Source: Paramecium tetraurelia (Eukaryota). Taken from it: a DNA stretch of 20,000 nucleotides. The stretch covers positions 338,293-358,292 of the forward strand of contig CT868661.1 of NCBI GenBank assembly GCA_000165425.1, in the 5' to 3' direction. Positions 9,556 through 20,000 of this stretch are shown piece after piece. Position 1 is the stretch's first letter; each line of letters starts with the position of its first letter. The notes beneath the pieces were generated by a model. The model was not told where the DNA came from, did not search any database, and saw nothing but the letters and a program-made list of their open reading frames with translations. A program made the position numbers and the translations under genes.

Positions 9556-12500
9556 ATGAATATGTCTATAGTCTTTATACTCGTAGGCTTAATTGATACT
9601 GTATATTCATCTTGGCGATTAATATATCTTTACTTATATAATGATGAGAAATTTACTTATTACAATGGGCCAACTGCAGAATAGTATTCAGGAAACTTTT
9701 TATTACCATCAACTTAAACAACAGCTAATTTTATAACTTGCGCAACACCTCCAACAAGCTACATAACTCTAAGTAGCGCATCTCCATCAGCTTAAAATAA
9801 GGATAATCGATTACTTAGTAAATATTGTTATTTAACTGTGGATTTATATTTTCAAGGTACATGGACGTCCGAAACAGTAACTATTTAATTTAGCTCCTTT
9901 TCATATACATATAATTACATCCCTCCTCCCAATTATCAAGTGTCAAATGGATTTTGTGATAATATTCCTTATGATATAAGAACACTTAATTTTGCATTTT
10001 AATTGCCTAGTCCAGTTTACGGAAATCTATAGTTTACATCATCAAACACAAATGATGGGTAAGTTTCGATCAGAAATATTCACATTACTGACCCAAATTT
10101 ATGTTATTATATATGCGAAACATGTACAGCTGATAATTACAAATGTGTAAGTTGCTATTATGGATCGCCAACAAACTCTGTTTGTCCGCCTTGCCCATCC
10201 AATTAATATTTTGAGAAAAAATATGGATGTAGAAACACCTGTGATATTTATTAACAATTATATTCTAATGGATTTTGCAATAATTATCCTGGTAATTATA
10301 CTAGAATATTCTAGTTTAAACATATTCCAACGTTCTGATATCAACTATTAAAAATGAATGGTCTATTATATATGATCCATAACATTTAGATACATCTCCA
10401 ACCATTCTGGGTTCTGGGATATACGGAATATTTAAATTTAATTCTGGCATCTATAAATTTTATTATTCTAATTTAGCTGTTCCTTATTAAATTGGATTGA
10501 AAATATCAGTTGTAACATATAATGATATTCCGATAAATTGTGGAATATCGTTTATGATTAATAATAATGTTATTGGCATTATTTACAGAAATGAATCAGG
10601 ATATTAAACACATAATTTCATAATCTATGAAACAAATAGCCTTCCTTTATCATTAGGTTATACCTCAATTTAAAAATTTCATCTAATTGTATATGCTGGC
10701 ATTTCTAGTTTTCCAATTCTATTTTCAGCTCGAGGAAATTATAAGTAAAACCATAGATATATAAAAATAGTGATGAAACAGCAGGATGGGGTTTGGAATA
10801 TGTTTACATAGTTGAAGCATTATGTCCTTAATACTGCTAATTGTGCGAGGTATCATTCAAATGCAAGATTTGCAAAAGTGGATACTTTCAATACAAGAAT
10901 AATACTTGCATTGCCAACTGCGATTAACCATATCAAAAATTAGATGGTTCTTACTGTTATGATTTTGATGATGAAACGCCTTGTATCTTTGATTCTATAT
11001 AATAGACTCTTAATATTAAACTTATGATTTTGTAAATAATACTTTTGATCCTGATTACAAAACAGGGTATACACTAATCTCTTAAACTGGGACGAATTTT
11101 ATGAAAGGATCAGATATCTATTATTCATATTTCAATACACTGAGAATCTTTGGAGGACCTTTCACATGGGCACAGGCTAAATTTTAAAGGATTCATAATA
11201 TAGTTGAACCGCATTACAGTATTACAATCGCTTTTTATATACTTTATGGTCCAGCATTCCCTTCGGATGGATAATTTATATATACTATTGAAAATAAACC
11301 ACCAATTTATAAATCAGCTAACAGCTTTTAAGGTTTAAATAATTATGGTGGAAAATTCGACAAAGTATATGAAAGGATAGATCACTATGCAAATACATTG
11401 ACAATAAGTTGGGAATGTTTTGGTCCAAACAATGAACCAGTTAACGCTTATTGTGGATTTTATTATTACTACGTAACCATCCATAAATGCTAGCCATATT
11501 GTTCATCATGCTAAGATCTAAATACCTGTATATAATGGAGCCTCAATTATGATCCGAATGTGGTGAAATTCTCTTAAGCAGAGTGCTTAAGTAATGAATA
11601 TTATGATAAATATACTGTTGGATGTTTGGTTTGTCCAGCATCTTGCTTGACGTGTACATCTAAAATTGATTGTTAAACGTGTTAGCCTACTTATATATAA
11701 TCTAAATTAGGTTGTATTTGTAAATTGAATTAATGGGAAGATTAAAATCAGTGTGTTGATTGTCCAATTGAATGTAATTAATGTATAAGTCCGACCCAAT
11801 GTATAAATTGTTTAGTATCAAATAATCGATAGTTAAAAAATCAATAATGCATTTGTATTGATGGATACTACCCAATATCTGGGAATCCTAAATGCAAAAG
11901 ATGTCATTAATTTTGTGACACTTGCTCTGGACCAACTTCTAACGATTGCCTAACTTGCAATAATAATATTGCGAATATTGAGACTGTTGGTCAAACATGT
12001 CAATGCCCTACAGGTTATTTTTATAAAGAAGTATCTAAAACTTGTTCTTAGTGTAATTTTACATGTTAAACTTGCTTTAATGGAACAATAGATGGTTGTT
12101 TATCTTGTGATTCTAATTTAAATAGAATATTAATAGGATTAAATTGTAGATGTTTGCCTGGCTACTATTATTTAAATGAAGTGTGTACAGGTATTTAGAT
12201 AAATAATACTATTAGATTGTCCAATTTAGGAAGTTCCGAATTTCTGGGCATGTTTCAAATTTTGTCCTGGCACTCAGTAAGTATGGCATACAAATACATG
12301 TAATTCTTGTGATTCAGGATTCGAACTGGTTTCTGGATAATGTCTACCTATTTGTGGAGATTAATAAATAATAGGAATAGAGTAATGTGAAGATAATAAT
12401 ACTACCATGGATGATTTATGTTATAATTGTTAATTTCAATGTCCAGTCCATTGTTTAACTTGCAATGCATCTACTACTTTGCCTTGTCCTGATATTTGCG

Positions 12501-14500
12501 GAGATAAGATGGTTACAGGAATAGAAGAGTGTGAAGATGGAAACAATATATAATATGATGGATGTTTTAATTGCATGTATTCATGCTAACCTCAATGTAC
12601 TAAGTGCATTAAAGGAGAGTGTTTTGAATGTTTGACTAGTGGATGGCAGATTGATCCAACAGTTCAACCTTGGTAATGTAAAGAGATATGTGGAGATTTG
12701 AAAATAGTAGGTCAAGAATAATGTGAAGATGGAAATCAGGATGATAAGGATGGATGTTATAATTGTAGGTATTTCTGTAGATATGGGTGTTCATCTTGTA
12801 ATTATACGAATAAAACTTGTTTAAAGTGTGAATTACCAGGGTTTATACCAGAGAATTATTATTGCAAAAATATATGTGGTGATATGTTAGTAGTAACAGA
12901 TCCAAATGGATTCTATTTAGAAGAATGTGATGATGGTAATACAATTAATTATGATGGATGCAGCGATGTTTGTAAATTTTAATGTTAAATACCATCAATT
13001 TGCATCACTTGTGTAAATAACAGATGTGAATTATGCGCAAATGGATATTAGCTTTCTAATTAAAAGATTTGTTTACCAATTTGTGGAGATTAGGTAATAG
13101 TAGTTGGAGAATCATGCGAGAATTCGTTTATTTTACCCTATAAAGGTTGTTAAAATTGCTAAGCAAAATGTTAAGCTACTTGTCTTACTTGCGATAACTT
13201 TGGACTGGGTTGTCAGATCTGTAAAGAAGGCTACTATGTAATTGATAATTTATGTTATTCAATTTGTGGGGATAAAATAATTACAGAAGATGAAGAATGT
13301 GATGACGGCAATTTAGTATTTGGAGACGGATGCCACCAATGTTCTTATAGTTGCCCTTAATCTTGTTCGATATGTCACAAGGGAGTTTGCTTAGAGTGCT
13401 ATGAAGACTATTATTATAGTAGGGATACATGCATTCAAATAAAAAATGAACATCAAGATGCAAGATGTGATTCAAATTGCTTAAGCTGCAGTATCGAAGG
13501 ATATGGCTGTTTAATGTGTAAAAGTGGATTCTAAAATATTGATAATAAATGTTGGCCTGTCTGTGGAGATGGGCTAGTACTTGCTGAAGAGGATTGTGAT
13601 GATGGTAATTCAATCTTTGGAGATGGATGCCATTAATGTTCTTATAGTTGCCCTCTACCTTGTTCTTTATGTAGTAAGGGAGTTTGTTATGATTGCTATG
13701 AAGGCTATTAGTATATTAAGAATTCTTGTGTTAAATTAAAAAATGAAATTCAAGATGCAAGATGTGATTCAAACTGTTCGAGTTGCAGTATCGAAGGACT
13801 TGGTTGTTTGGTTTGTAAGAGTGGATTCTAAAATGTCAGTAATAAATGTTAGCCCATCTGTGGAGATAAATTAGTAACTGCTCATGAGGACTGTGACGAT
13901 GGCAATTTGACATTTGATGATGGATGCCATCAATGCTCTTTTAGTTGCCCTATATCTTGCATAGATTGTCATCAGGGTGTTTGTTTAAATTGTGGACAAG
14001 AAAATTTTTATTATGAACATTAATGCTTTGAATTGCTGGAGAATGTTTATTTGAAGGAAGATACTAATTTTGAATTTGTGGAATTAGTCATTTCTTAAGC
14101 TTTCATAGCAAATCCTAGTTTAACAAGTAGAATTCAAATGAAGATATTTGACTTTTATTATCAAGATTATAGTTAGATTGGTTAATATATTGAAATTATG
14201 GATTCAAGCTTTCCCTACATAGACATTGAAATATATATTAAATGTTAAGAAAATAAGAAATTGGAGAGTCAATTTTATTAATAAAATTACTAGAATGGCT
14301 TTGAGGATAGTCAAATAATATTCTCCTAATCCTGTCATAACACATTTAATCATATAATTAAATTTTCATTTAGGTTATAGAAAATAATAATGAAAAATTA
14401 ATTATTGATAATAAAGATTTCTGAAGATCAATTCAAATTATCAACATTATTTACCACTTTTAGACAAAAGCTTCTTGAAATATCATTTATTGACGCATGA
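9556..14500 (+). CDS. Large exported/surface cysteine-rich protein with furin-like (CxxxCxxC) repeats and eight CGD..E-x-C-(D/E) repeats (Myxococcus cysteine-rich/DUF4215-like), ~1615 aa
   Basis: Signal-peptide-like start MNMSIVFILVGLIDTVYS. Introns 10292-10314 (23), 10745-10770 (26), 10983-11005 (23) and 12191-12215 (25); spliced 4848 nt. Three Cys-poor domains alternate with Cys-rich blocks, followed by repeats such as ICGDKMVTGIEECEDGNNIQYDGCFNC. TGA 14498-14500. Confidence 0.92.
13190..14000 (+). repeat. Intragenic 297-bp (99-aa) tandem repeat, about 2.5-3 copies
   Basis: CGD codons start at 13265, 13562 and 13859 (period 297). The string AAATGAA..TCAAGATGCAAGATGTGATTCAAA recurs at 13444 and 13741. 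Confidence 0.9.
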
Positions 14501-15039
14501 TAAATTTCAATATTAAAATATTAAGTATTTTCAATTAACAATATTTATTTATTTCATTCAAGATTTATATACATACTTCATTCAATCCTTTATATTTTTC
14601 AGAAACCCTTTATTATTCACACTTTTAAGTTAATTTAATTAATATTGTCAATATATTTAAGGAGGTGGTACAATTTAACAATAATTTACTAACAATCCTC
14701 ACAATTTTTTTTAATATTTCTATAAAATTCGTAGTCATCTTATAATATAAAAAAGAAATAACATGTGAGACAATTTTAAGTTTCTATTTTTCTAAGAATA
14801 GAGATTATAAAATGATTAACCGTTTAAAACATTTACAAACACTGTATATTAGTTTCTATTTAAAAGATTCTGAATTTCCTTAATATAATTAGATATTTCC
14901 CTTTGTATTTTCCTATTTTGAATTATGGTCTTTAAATATGATGATTTGATTGGTAATCTTCTAACCCTTAATATTTGTTTTTATGATTTATTAAGATTAC
15001 ATATATGCTTGTATTATTTAATTTCCTCTCTACAGCTCT

Positions 15040-15523
15040 TTGATTCTGTTCAAAATAATAAGATTTTGAAAAATTATTCCTTTTCATTATTAACACAATT
15101 AGCTATCTAAATAATCTATAGAACTCATGTGGATAATAGAATTAAAAATAAAAAGGATTGTCTTTAGAAGTGATAATTGATTTAGAAACAATATTTGATT
15201 TAATCAACAAAAATTTCTCTTTTCAAACAAATAATAAATCTAGTATCGATATTGCCCAAGTTAAATGTCAAAAGGAAAATGCTTTAATAAGTTAATATAT
15301 TGAATAAAGGCCTGAACTACACATGATTTAAATCGTTAATGAAACTGACCATCAATTCTATTGATACGGCATTATCTTAAAACTGAATCGTGAGGTATAA
15401 AATTCTCTATGATATCGATCAACAATTTCAGTTTATACTAGCGATGAAAAATTAAGTAGGCTATCTTATTATTGACCCAGACAATAACAATAAAATGTCG
15501 CAAGGTTTATTTAAAATGGATTG
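15040..15523 (+). pseudogene. Possible decayed coding sequence
   Basis: Less AT-extreme than its flanks. A ~100-codon frame (QQDFEKLFLFIINTISYL...ETDHQFY*, TGA 15362-15364) and a second frame (IVRYKILYDIDQQFQF...FKMD*, TGA 15521-15523) could not be joined into a clean ATG-to-TGA model. Confidence 0.3.
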
Positions 15524-15564
15524 AATAATAAATTTTAAATTTCTATTATTGTAATAATTTTAAT

Positions 15565-17505
15565 ATGTCATCCCAAAATAAATTAGTAACCCAAGAAATA
15601 GAAGGGATTATTTGGAATTATAGTCTGAATCCACCAGAATAACTTAAATGTAAATTTCAAATTAGATGGACTCAGGATTAGAAGGTTTAGTACATATTGG
15701 ATGGATGCATTTTGCGAATGTATCAATCTGCTAATTAATTAATTTTAGTGATTCAATTTACAACACATCAAAGAAAGCTGAAGTTCTAACAAATTTAGAA
15801 TAAATTAAACATTTAAGATGGATTGGATAATATGGGTAAAATAACTTAAAGGTTGGTAAATGGTTGGCTACTTGGAAAGGAGAAACTTTAAAGGATGTTG
15901 GAGGAGAGTACTTGAATGATGAAAAAAAATAAGGAATATGGAAAGATATTGTTTAGAATTATTAGACGTAAGTTTCAATTTCATAAATTTAAAGCAATTC
16001 ATAAGCATATATAGTTGGGAGATATGAAAATGGCTTGAAATTAGGAAAATGGTAGTATATTTATAATGATAAAGAGATGTATTTAATAAACTTATTAATT
16101 TGGTTAGTGGTGGTGGAAATTATAATTAATAAGGTGTCTAGGTTGGTTTATGGTAAGAGTTAAGTGATGGATTTTGGGATTAAAAGTAGGTCACTCATAA
16201 TGGTGAATATCGAATTGGGAAGAAAGTTGGTAGATGGAACATTAAGTATGAACGATAAATTATGTAAAATATTAACTAAAGCAATCTTTTAGTGGTGGTG
16301 GATCATATAATGTAGAAAGCAATCAAAAGTGTGGAAAGTGGATTGAGTTGAGCGAGAATTTCAGTGAAGATTCAAAAGTCATTTATGAAGGGTAGTATTA
16401 AAAAGACAAAAAAATTGGTTTGTGGGATATTTTGTATAAATCAGAAAAAGATTAACCCTTTAAATAGATGTAAAAATAAAAAAGATCAAAATTATAGTGG
16501 TGGCGGAGTATATTTAGAAGGGTTAAAGACTGGGAAATGGATTGAATTGCGGGATAACTTTGAGAACTATTCATAAGTCACTTAAGCAGGCTAGTACAAA
16601 AAGAATAACAAAGTTGGTAGATGGGATACTTGGTTTATAGAAAAAGATGCTCAAACAATTAAATTAATGTATATATCCCTCATTAATCAAAATTGATTAG
16701 TGGTGGTGGATTCTATACTAATGGAGGCGATGGCATCAAGATTGGAAAGTGGATTGAGTTGAGTGATGGATTTTGGGATAGATCATAAGTTTTTTATACT
16801 GGAGAATACCAAAATGGGAAAAAAGTTGGTAGATGGGAAATTTCATATTGGAAAGATTATGAAGATAATAATCAAAATTAATAACTGTAAGTTGAGAAAA
16901 TATTCTAAATGTTAGTGGTGGTGGATCATATAGCAAAGTGGGTGATGGCTTAAAGGTTGGTAATTGGGTTGAGCCGAGCGAAGGATTTTATGAGAATTCC
17001 TAAGTTACTTATAATGGTGAATATAAAGATGGTAAAAAAATTGGTAGATGGGACATCAGGTATAGGAAGGATAATAAATTTGAAAAGATGTAAACAAAAA
17101 TTAAAATAAAATATTCAGTGCTGGTGGATTATATAGTGAAACAGGTGATGGCATAAAGATAGGGAAGTGGGTTGAGTTGAGTGATGGATTTTATGATCAT
17201 TCTTAAATTACCTATGATGGTGAATACATTAAAGGAAAGAAACATGGTCGATGGGATATTAAGTAGAGGATATATAAAGACAATATCTAAATGTAAATAT
17301 AATAATAACAAATATTTTTAGTGGTGGAGGATCATATGAAGAAGGAATTAAGATTGGAAATTGGATTGAGTTGAGTGATAAGTTTGATAATTGGAACTAA
17401 TTAATCTATATTGGAGAGTATAAAAAAGAGAAAAAGGTTGGTGTCTGGGTGTAAAAGGATAGAAATAAGAATGAGAATCACAAAGAAATGAGATATGATG
17501 ATTGA
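15565..17505 (+). CDS. MORN-like (MORN_2/YwqK-like G-x-Y-xx-G-KK-x-G-x-W) tandem-repeat protein, ~559 aa, 10 exons
   Basis: Introns 15720-15748, 15968-15994, 16079-16107, 16264-16292, 16470-16497, 16669-16700, 16887-16915, 17090-17118 and 17293-17321 (27-32 nt, all phase 2); spliced 1680 nt. Repeat consensus IGGGSY...KIGKWIELSDGF...SQVTYNGEYKNGKKVGRWDI. TGA 17503-17505. Confidence 0.9.
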
Positions 17506-17919
17506 ATAATCAATAAAATTCGAATAATACCTTAACTTTATATATTATAATTTGAAGATAGCGTATAATAATCCAAGGTTTCCAAGAATGATAAAGAAAT
17601 TACCTTATTATCTTTCACAGTATAATTACTTCTTAATTTTTTGATCTATTTATTTAATAAAAATTATACATTTTTTAATAAAAGTAGGATAATACTTATT
17701 AATATTGCAATTCTATATTCAATAATTATAATCAGTAATGAACAATTTAAATTTTTATATTGATATTTTGATCATTTAACTTAATTAAAATACAAAAGCT
17801 TAACTTTATTATATAAGAATACAATTTTACTTTCAATAAGGGAATCAATTGCTAATTTATTTTTATCTTAATTCAATAAGGCCAAATTAATTAATACCTT
17901 ATTAAATTATAATTATATT

Positions 17920-18545
17920 TTGGCCCTAAGATTAGTAACAAAATTTAAAGATTCGATCTTTATTCTGAAAGACAACCAAGCTCAATCCATGGGAAAGATA
18001 TTATTATGATTAGATAAACGCTTTGGTGTTAAGAAACTTTAGAGATTTGCTTAATGATTCTTTATGGAACTAGATTAGATGAGACATATTTTAATGTGAA
18101 AAGTATTTAGATGGAACAATTAATTAATTAAACTCTTTTAATAGAATTGAAATGTTAGTACAATTATAATTAATTTGATATGGAATCAACTCTTTTTTAA
18201 TTGAATCTTATAAGTAAATATTATTAAGTAAAAAAAAATAGGACAACTAAAGACCCAAAGAGTTGAGTTGTAAAATAAAATCATGAGTGAACTCAAGAAT
18301 ATCGATTTGTAATTTTTGAAATTATTATAAAGAACCCAAAAAGCTATTGTTGGTACTAGAGCATTAAAGTTAGTTCTATAAGTCGGGAATGAGAACAAAA
18401 AACAATATTGTTTATAAATTATTCCCTAAAAGTAATGCAATTGCTTAGGAAATAATTTGGAAAATAAAGGTGATAATTCTTTGCAGTGTTATTCATCCCT
18501 AATAAAAACGAATCCAATAATTACACATAAAGAAGTGAGAAAAAA
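17920..18545 (+). pseudogene. Possible decayed gene, perhaps a TPR-like remnant
   Basis: Coding-like composition with several in-frame TGAs in the 5' part. The 3' part reads LGNNLENKGDNSLQCYSSLIKTNP, loosely TPR-like. Confidence 0.2.
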
Positions 18546-18747
18546 TTAAAATAATAATATTATTTATTGTTTTTATATAGTTATTTATCTCCTAACATAT
18601 AAAGTAAAATGTTTTTAGATAAGGATTACTTTCAGATTTATAGTATATTAATGGTTACAAGTAATAGTTTTTGCTCTAAAGATTTCCATTAGTAAATAAA
18701 AAATAATCATGTTATTTTTTGATTGATGAATAAATTATAGTATTTTC

Positions 18748-19269
18748 TCACTATTTTAAGGGAATTTTCGTAATCTATTTTCCTATGACAATATCTATTC
18801 TGTTAACCTTAAGGGTTATTTGATTTTTAAGGTTCAGGTGCTGCTTTAAAGTGCAATGAGGAATTATTTCAATCCTTTAATATAATTTGTCAAATAAAAT
18901 TATAGATTATGCTATCAGATTTATTAGTTATTTAACCCTTTCTTTATTGATATCAACTTCTAGGACTAAATACTCTTTTTTAGAAATTTCATTTTTATAA
19001 ATTTTACTTTCATGATTTAAAGTACATGTAAAAGCTTAAAAAGTATCGATATCATTTGAAATTGAATCTATGAAATCCTTGATTTGATGATAATTTAGTT
19101 AAAAATTAAGACTCAAACTTATATGGTATTCTACTTATTTTAATTTAGGTAATTATGAAGTTACATCAATTTTACAAAATGATGGATAAAATCCACTCAT
19201 ATGGCTTCTATTTACAATTTTAACAGCATTTTCTTCTTCATCATCTGAATAATCAACTAATTTAGACAT
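18748..19269 (-). CDS. USB1: U6 snRNA 3'-end phosphodiesterase USB1/Mpn1 (2H phosphoesterase), 173 aa, intronless
   Basis: N-terminus MSKLVDYSDDEEE, then RSHMSGFYPSF, first 2H motif YHISLS followed by LNYHQIKDFID, then KIYKNE..KEYLVLEV, second 2H motif PHCTL, and C-terminal VNRIDIVIGKQITKIPL. These match the USB1 motif order. 522 nt, TGA 18748-18750. Confidence 0.85.
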
Positions 19270-19349
19270 TAATTTATTATTCTTGATTATTAAAAAAAAT
19301 AAATAGTAAATAAGAAGATAGTATTTGATTTAAAATCAAATAAATAAAT

Positions 19350-20000
19350 CTAAAATTGTTCATTCTATTTTTAACAAGCTAGGATATAAATTCAATTAAA
19401 TTCTAATCATTATTATATAAAAATATTTGAAAAATTGTTACTTAATTTATCTAAGATTTACTCCAATTTCATGTTAGTGAACATATTTTTAACATTCTAA
19501 AGCTATTTGCAATAAACGTTTGAAGAATCATATTGCATAAATTATTTGTAATTTTATAATTTAGAGTTTTTTTAATGTAATCCAATAATTTATCTTTGAT
19601 AATTTTATTTTATTAATTAGACATATTGAATAAAGTATTAGCTGAAAGTAATTAGAAACATAAGTCATCTAAATCAACTATATCACTACAATCCATAATT
19701 CTTATTAATAATTCATAATTGCCTTAATTTGGTATGATCCATTTTTCAATTATACTATTTCCTTTACGCCTTATAATGATATTTTTATTCGAAAAATAAG
19801 TTTGTTGTAGAGAAAAACAAAAATTCTATAAACAAAGTTTACATTAATAAGTTGAATGAACGACTTATCTTCAATTATATTTGTTATATTAACTTTTCTT
19901 AAAAAGAATTGAAATTTTACAGCTTAACTAATTAATGTTGTTAGTAATTCAGAAGGGTATATGATGATCTACGGGACATCGTCCAGCTCAATTTTACAGT
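19350..20000 (-). other. Possible 3' part of a gene or pseudogene entering from beyond the window edge
   Basis: Protein-like stretches in different minus-strand frames (CKIELDDVPQIIIYPSELL; RQVVHSTYQCKLCLQNFCFSL...MDCSDIVDLDDLCFQLL) without a consistent splice path. Confidence 0.25.

Noticed and set aside
10160..10351. ORF-track 63-aa plus-strand ORF
   Set aside because: Lies within the Cys-rich gene in a different frame and runs through intron 10292-10314.
13281..13613. ORF-track 110-aa His-rich minus-strand ORF
   Set aside because: Antisense to the Cys/Asp/Gly repeats of the 9556-14500 gene.
16364..17311. ORF-track ORFs 16364-16576 (+), 16736-16936 (-) and 17129-17311 (-)
   Set aside because: One is an off-frame read through an intron into a real exon; the other two are antisense shadows of the MORN-like gene.
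16100..17340. Periodic TAGTGGTGGTGGA motif every ~185-215 bp as a CRISPR-like or telomeric array
   Set aside because: It is the 3' splice site plus Gly-Gly-Gly codons of each repeat exon. The intervening sequences are homologous coding DNA, there are no cas genes, and it is not G4T2/G3T3 telomeric repeat.
18186..18398. ORF-track 70-aa minus-strand ORF
   Set aside because: Phe/Leu/Ile-rich composition expected from the complement of A-rich DNA; no motif support.
5816..19269. PARG, USB1, kinase and repeat proteins as one functional defence or ADP-ribosylation cluster
   Set aside because: Mixed orientations, unrelated functions, no ADP-ribosyltransferase partner in the window, and no operon logic expected in a ciliate macronucleus; adjacency alone is not evidence.
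1..20000. TGA recoding (Trp/Cys/Sec) or mass pseudogenisation as the reason for short ORFs
   Set aside because: Conserved Trp positions use TGG, TGA ends all eight models at sensible C-termini, and Gln decoding of TAA/TAG restores full-length proteins.
1..20000. Retained germline IESs or transposon remnants
   Set aside because: All intact genes read through after removing only GT..AG introns; I saw no convincing TA-bounded inverted-end insertion or transposase/RT motif. IESs in intergenic DNA cannot be excluded by eye.

Overview
Very AT-rich eukaryotic DNA from a ciliate, most likely a Paramecium macronuclear (somatic) chromosome. Genes read through only in genetic code 6 (TAA/TAG = Gln, TGA = only stop) and carry tiny 22-32 nt GT..AG introns, so the supplied ORF track shows only fragments and shadow ORFs. 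Hand-translation gives eight gene models whose spliced lengths are multiples of 3: a membrane hybrid histidine kinase (4-2445, -), a polyQ protein of unknown function (2699-3948, +), a sugar-porter MFS transporter (4031-5621, +), a PARG-family glycohydrolase with a hydrophobic C-terminal tail (5816-7394, +), a WD40 protein (7817-8926, -), a 1615-aa Cys-rich exported protein (9556-14500, +), a MORN-like repeat protein with one repeat unit per exon (15565-17505, +) and a compact USB1 (18748-19269, -). Three stretches may be decayed genes. I found no RNA genes, transposons, CRISPR arrays, telomeric repeats or retained IESs, and no convincing new multi-gene system. The best leads are the possibly tail-anchored PARG, the symmetric-exon repeat gene and the unassigned Cys/Trp-rich domain behind the polyQ tract.
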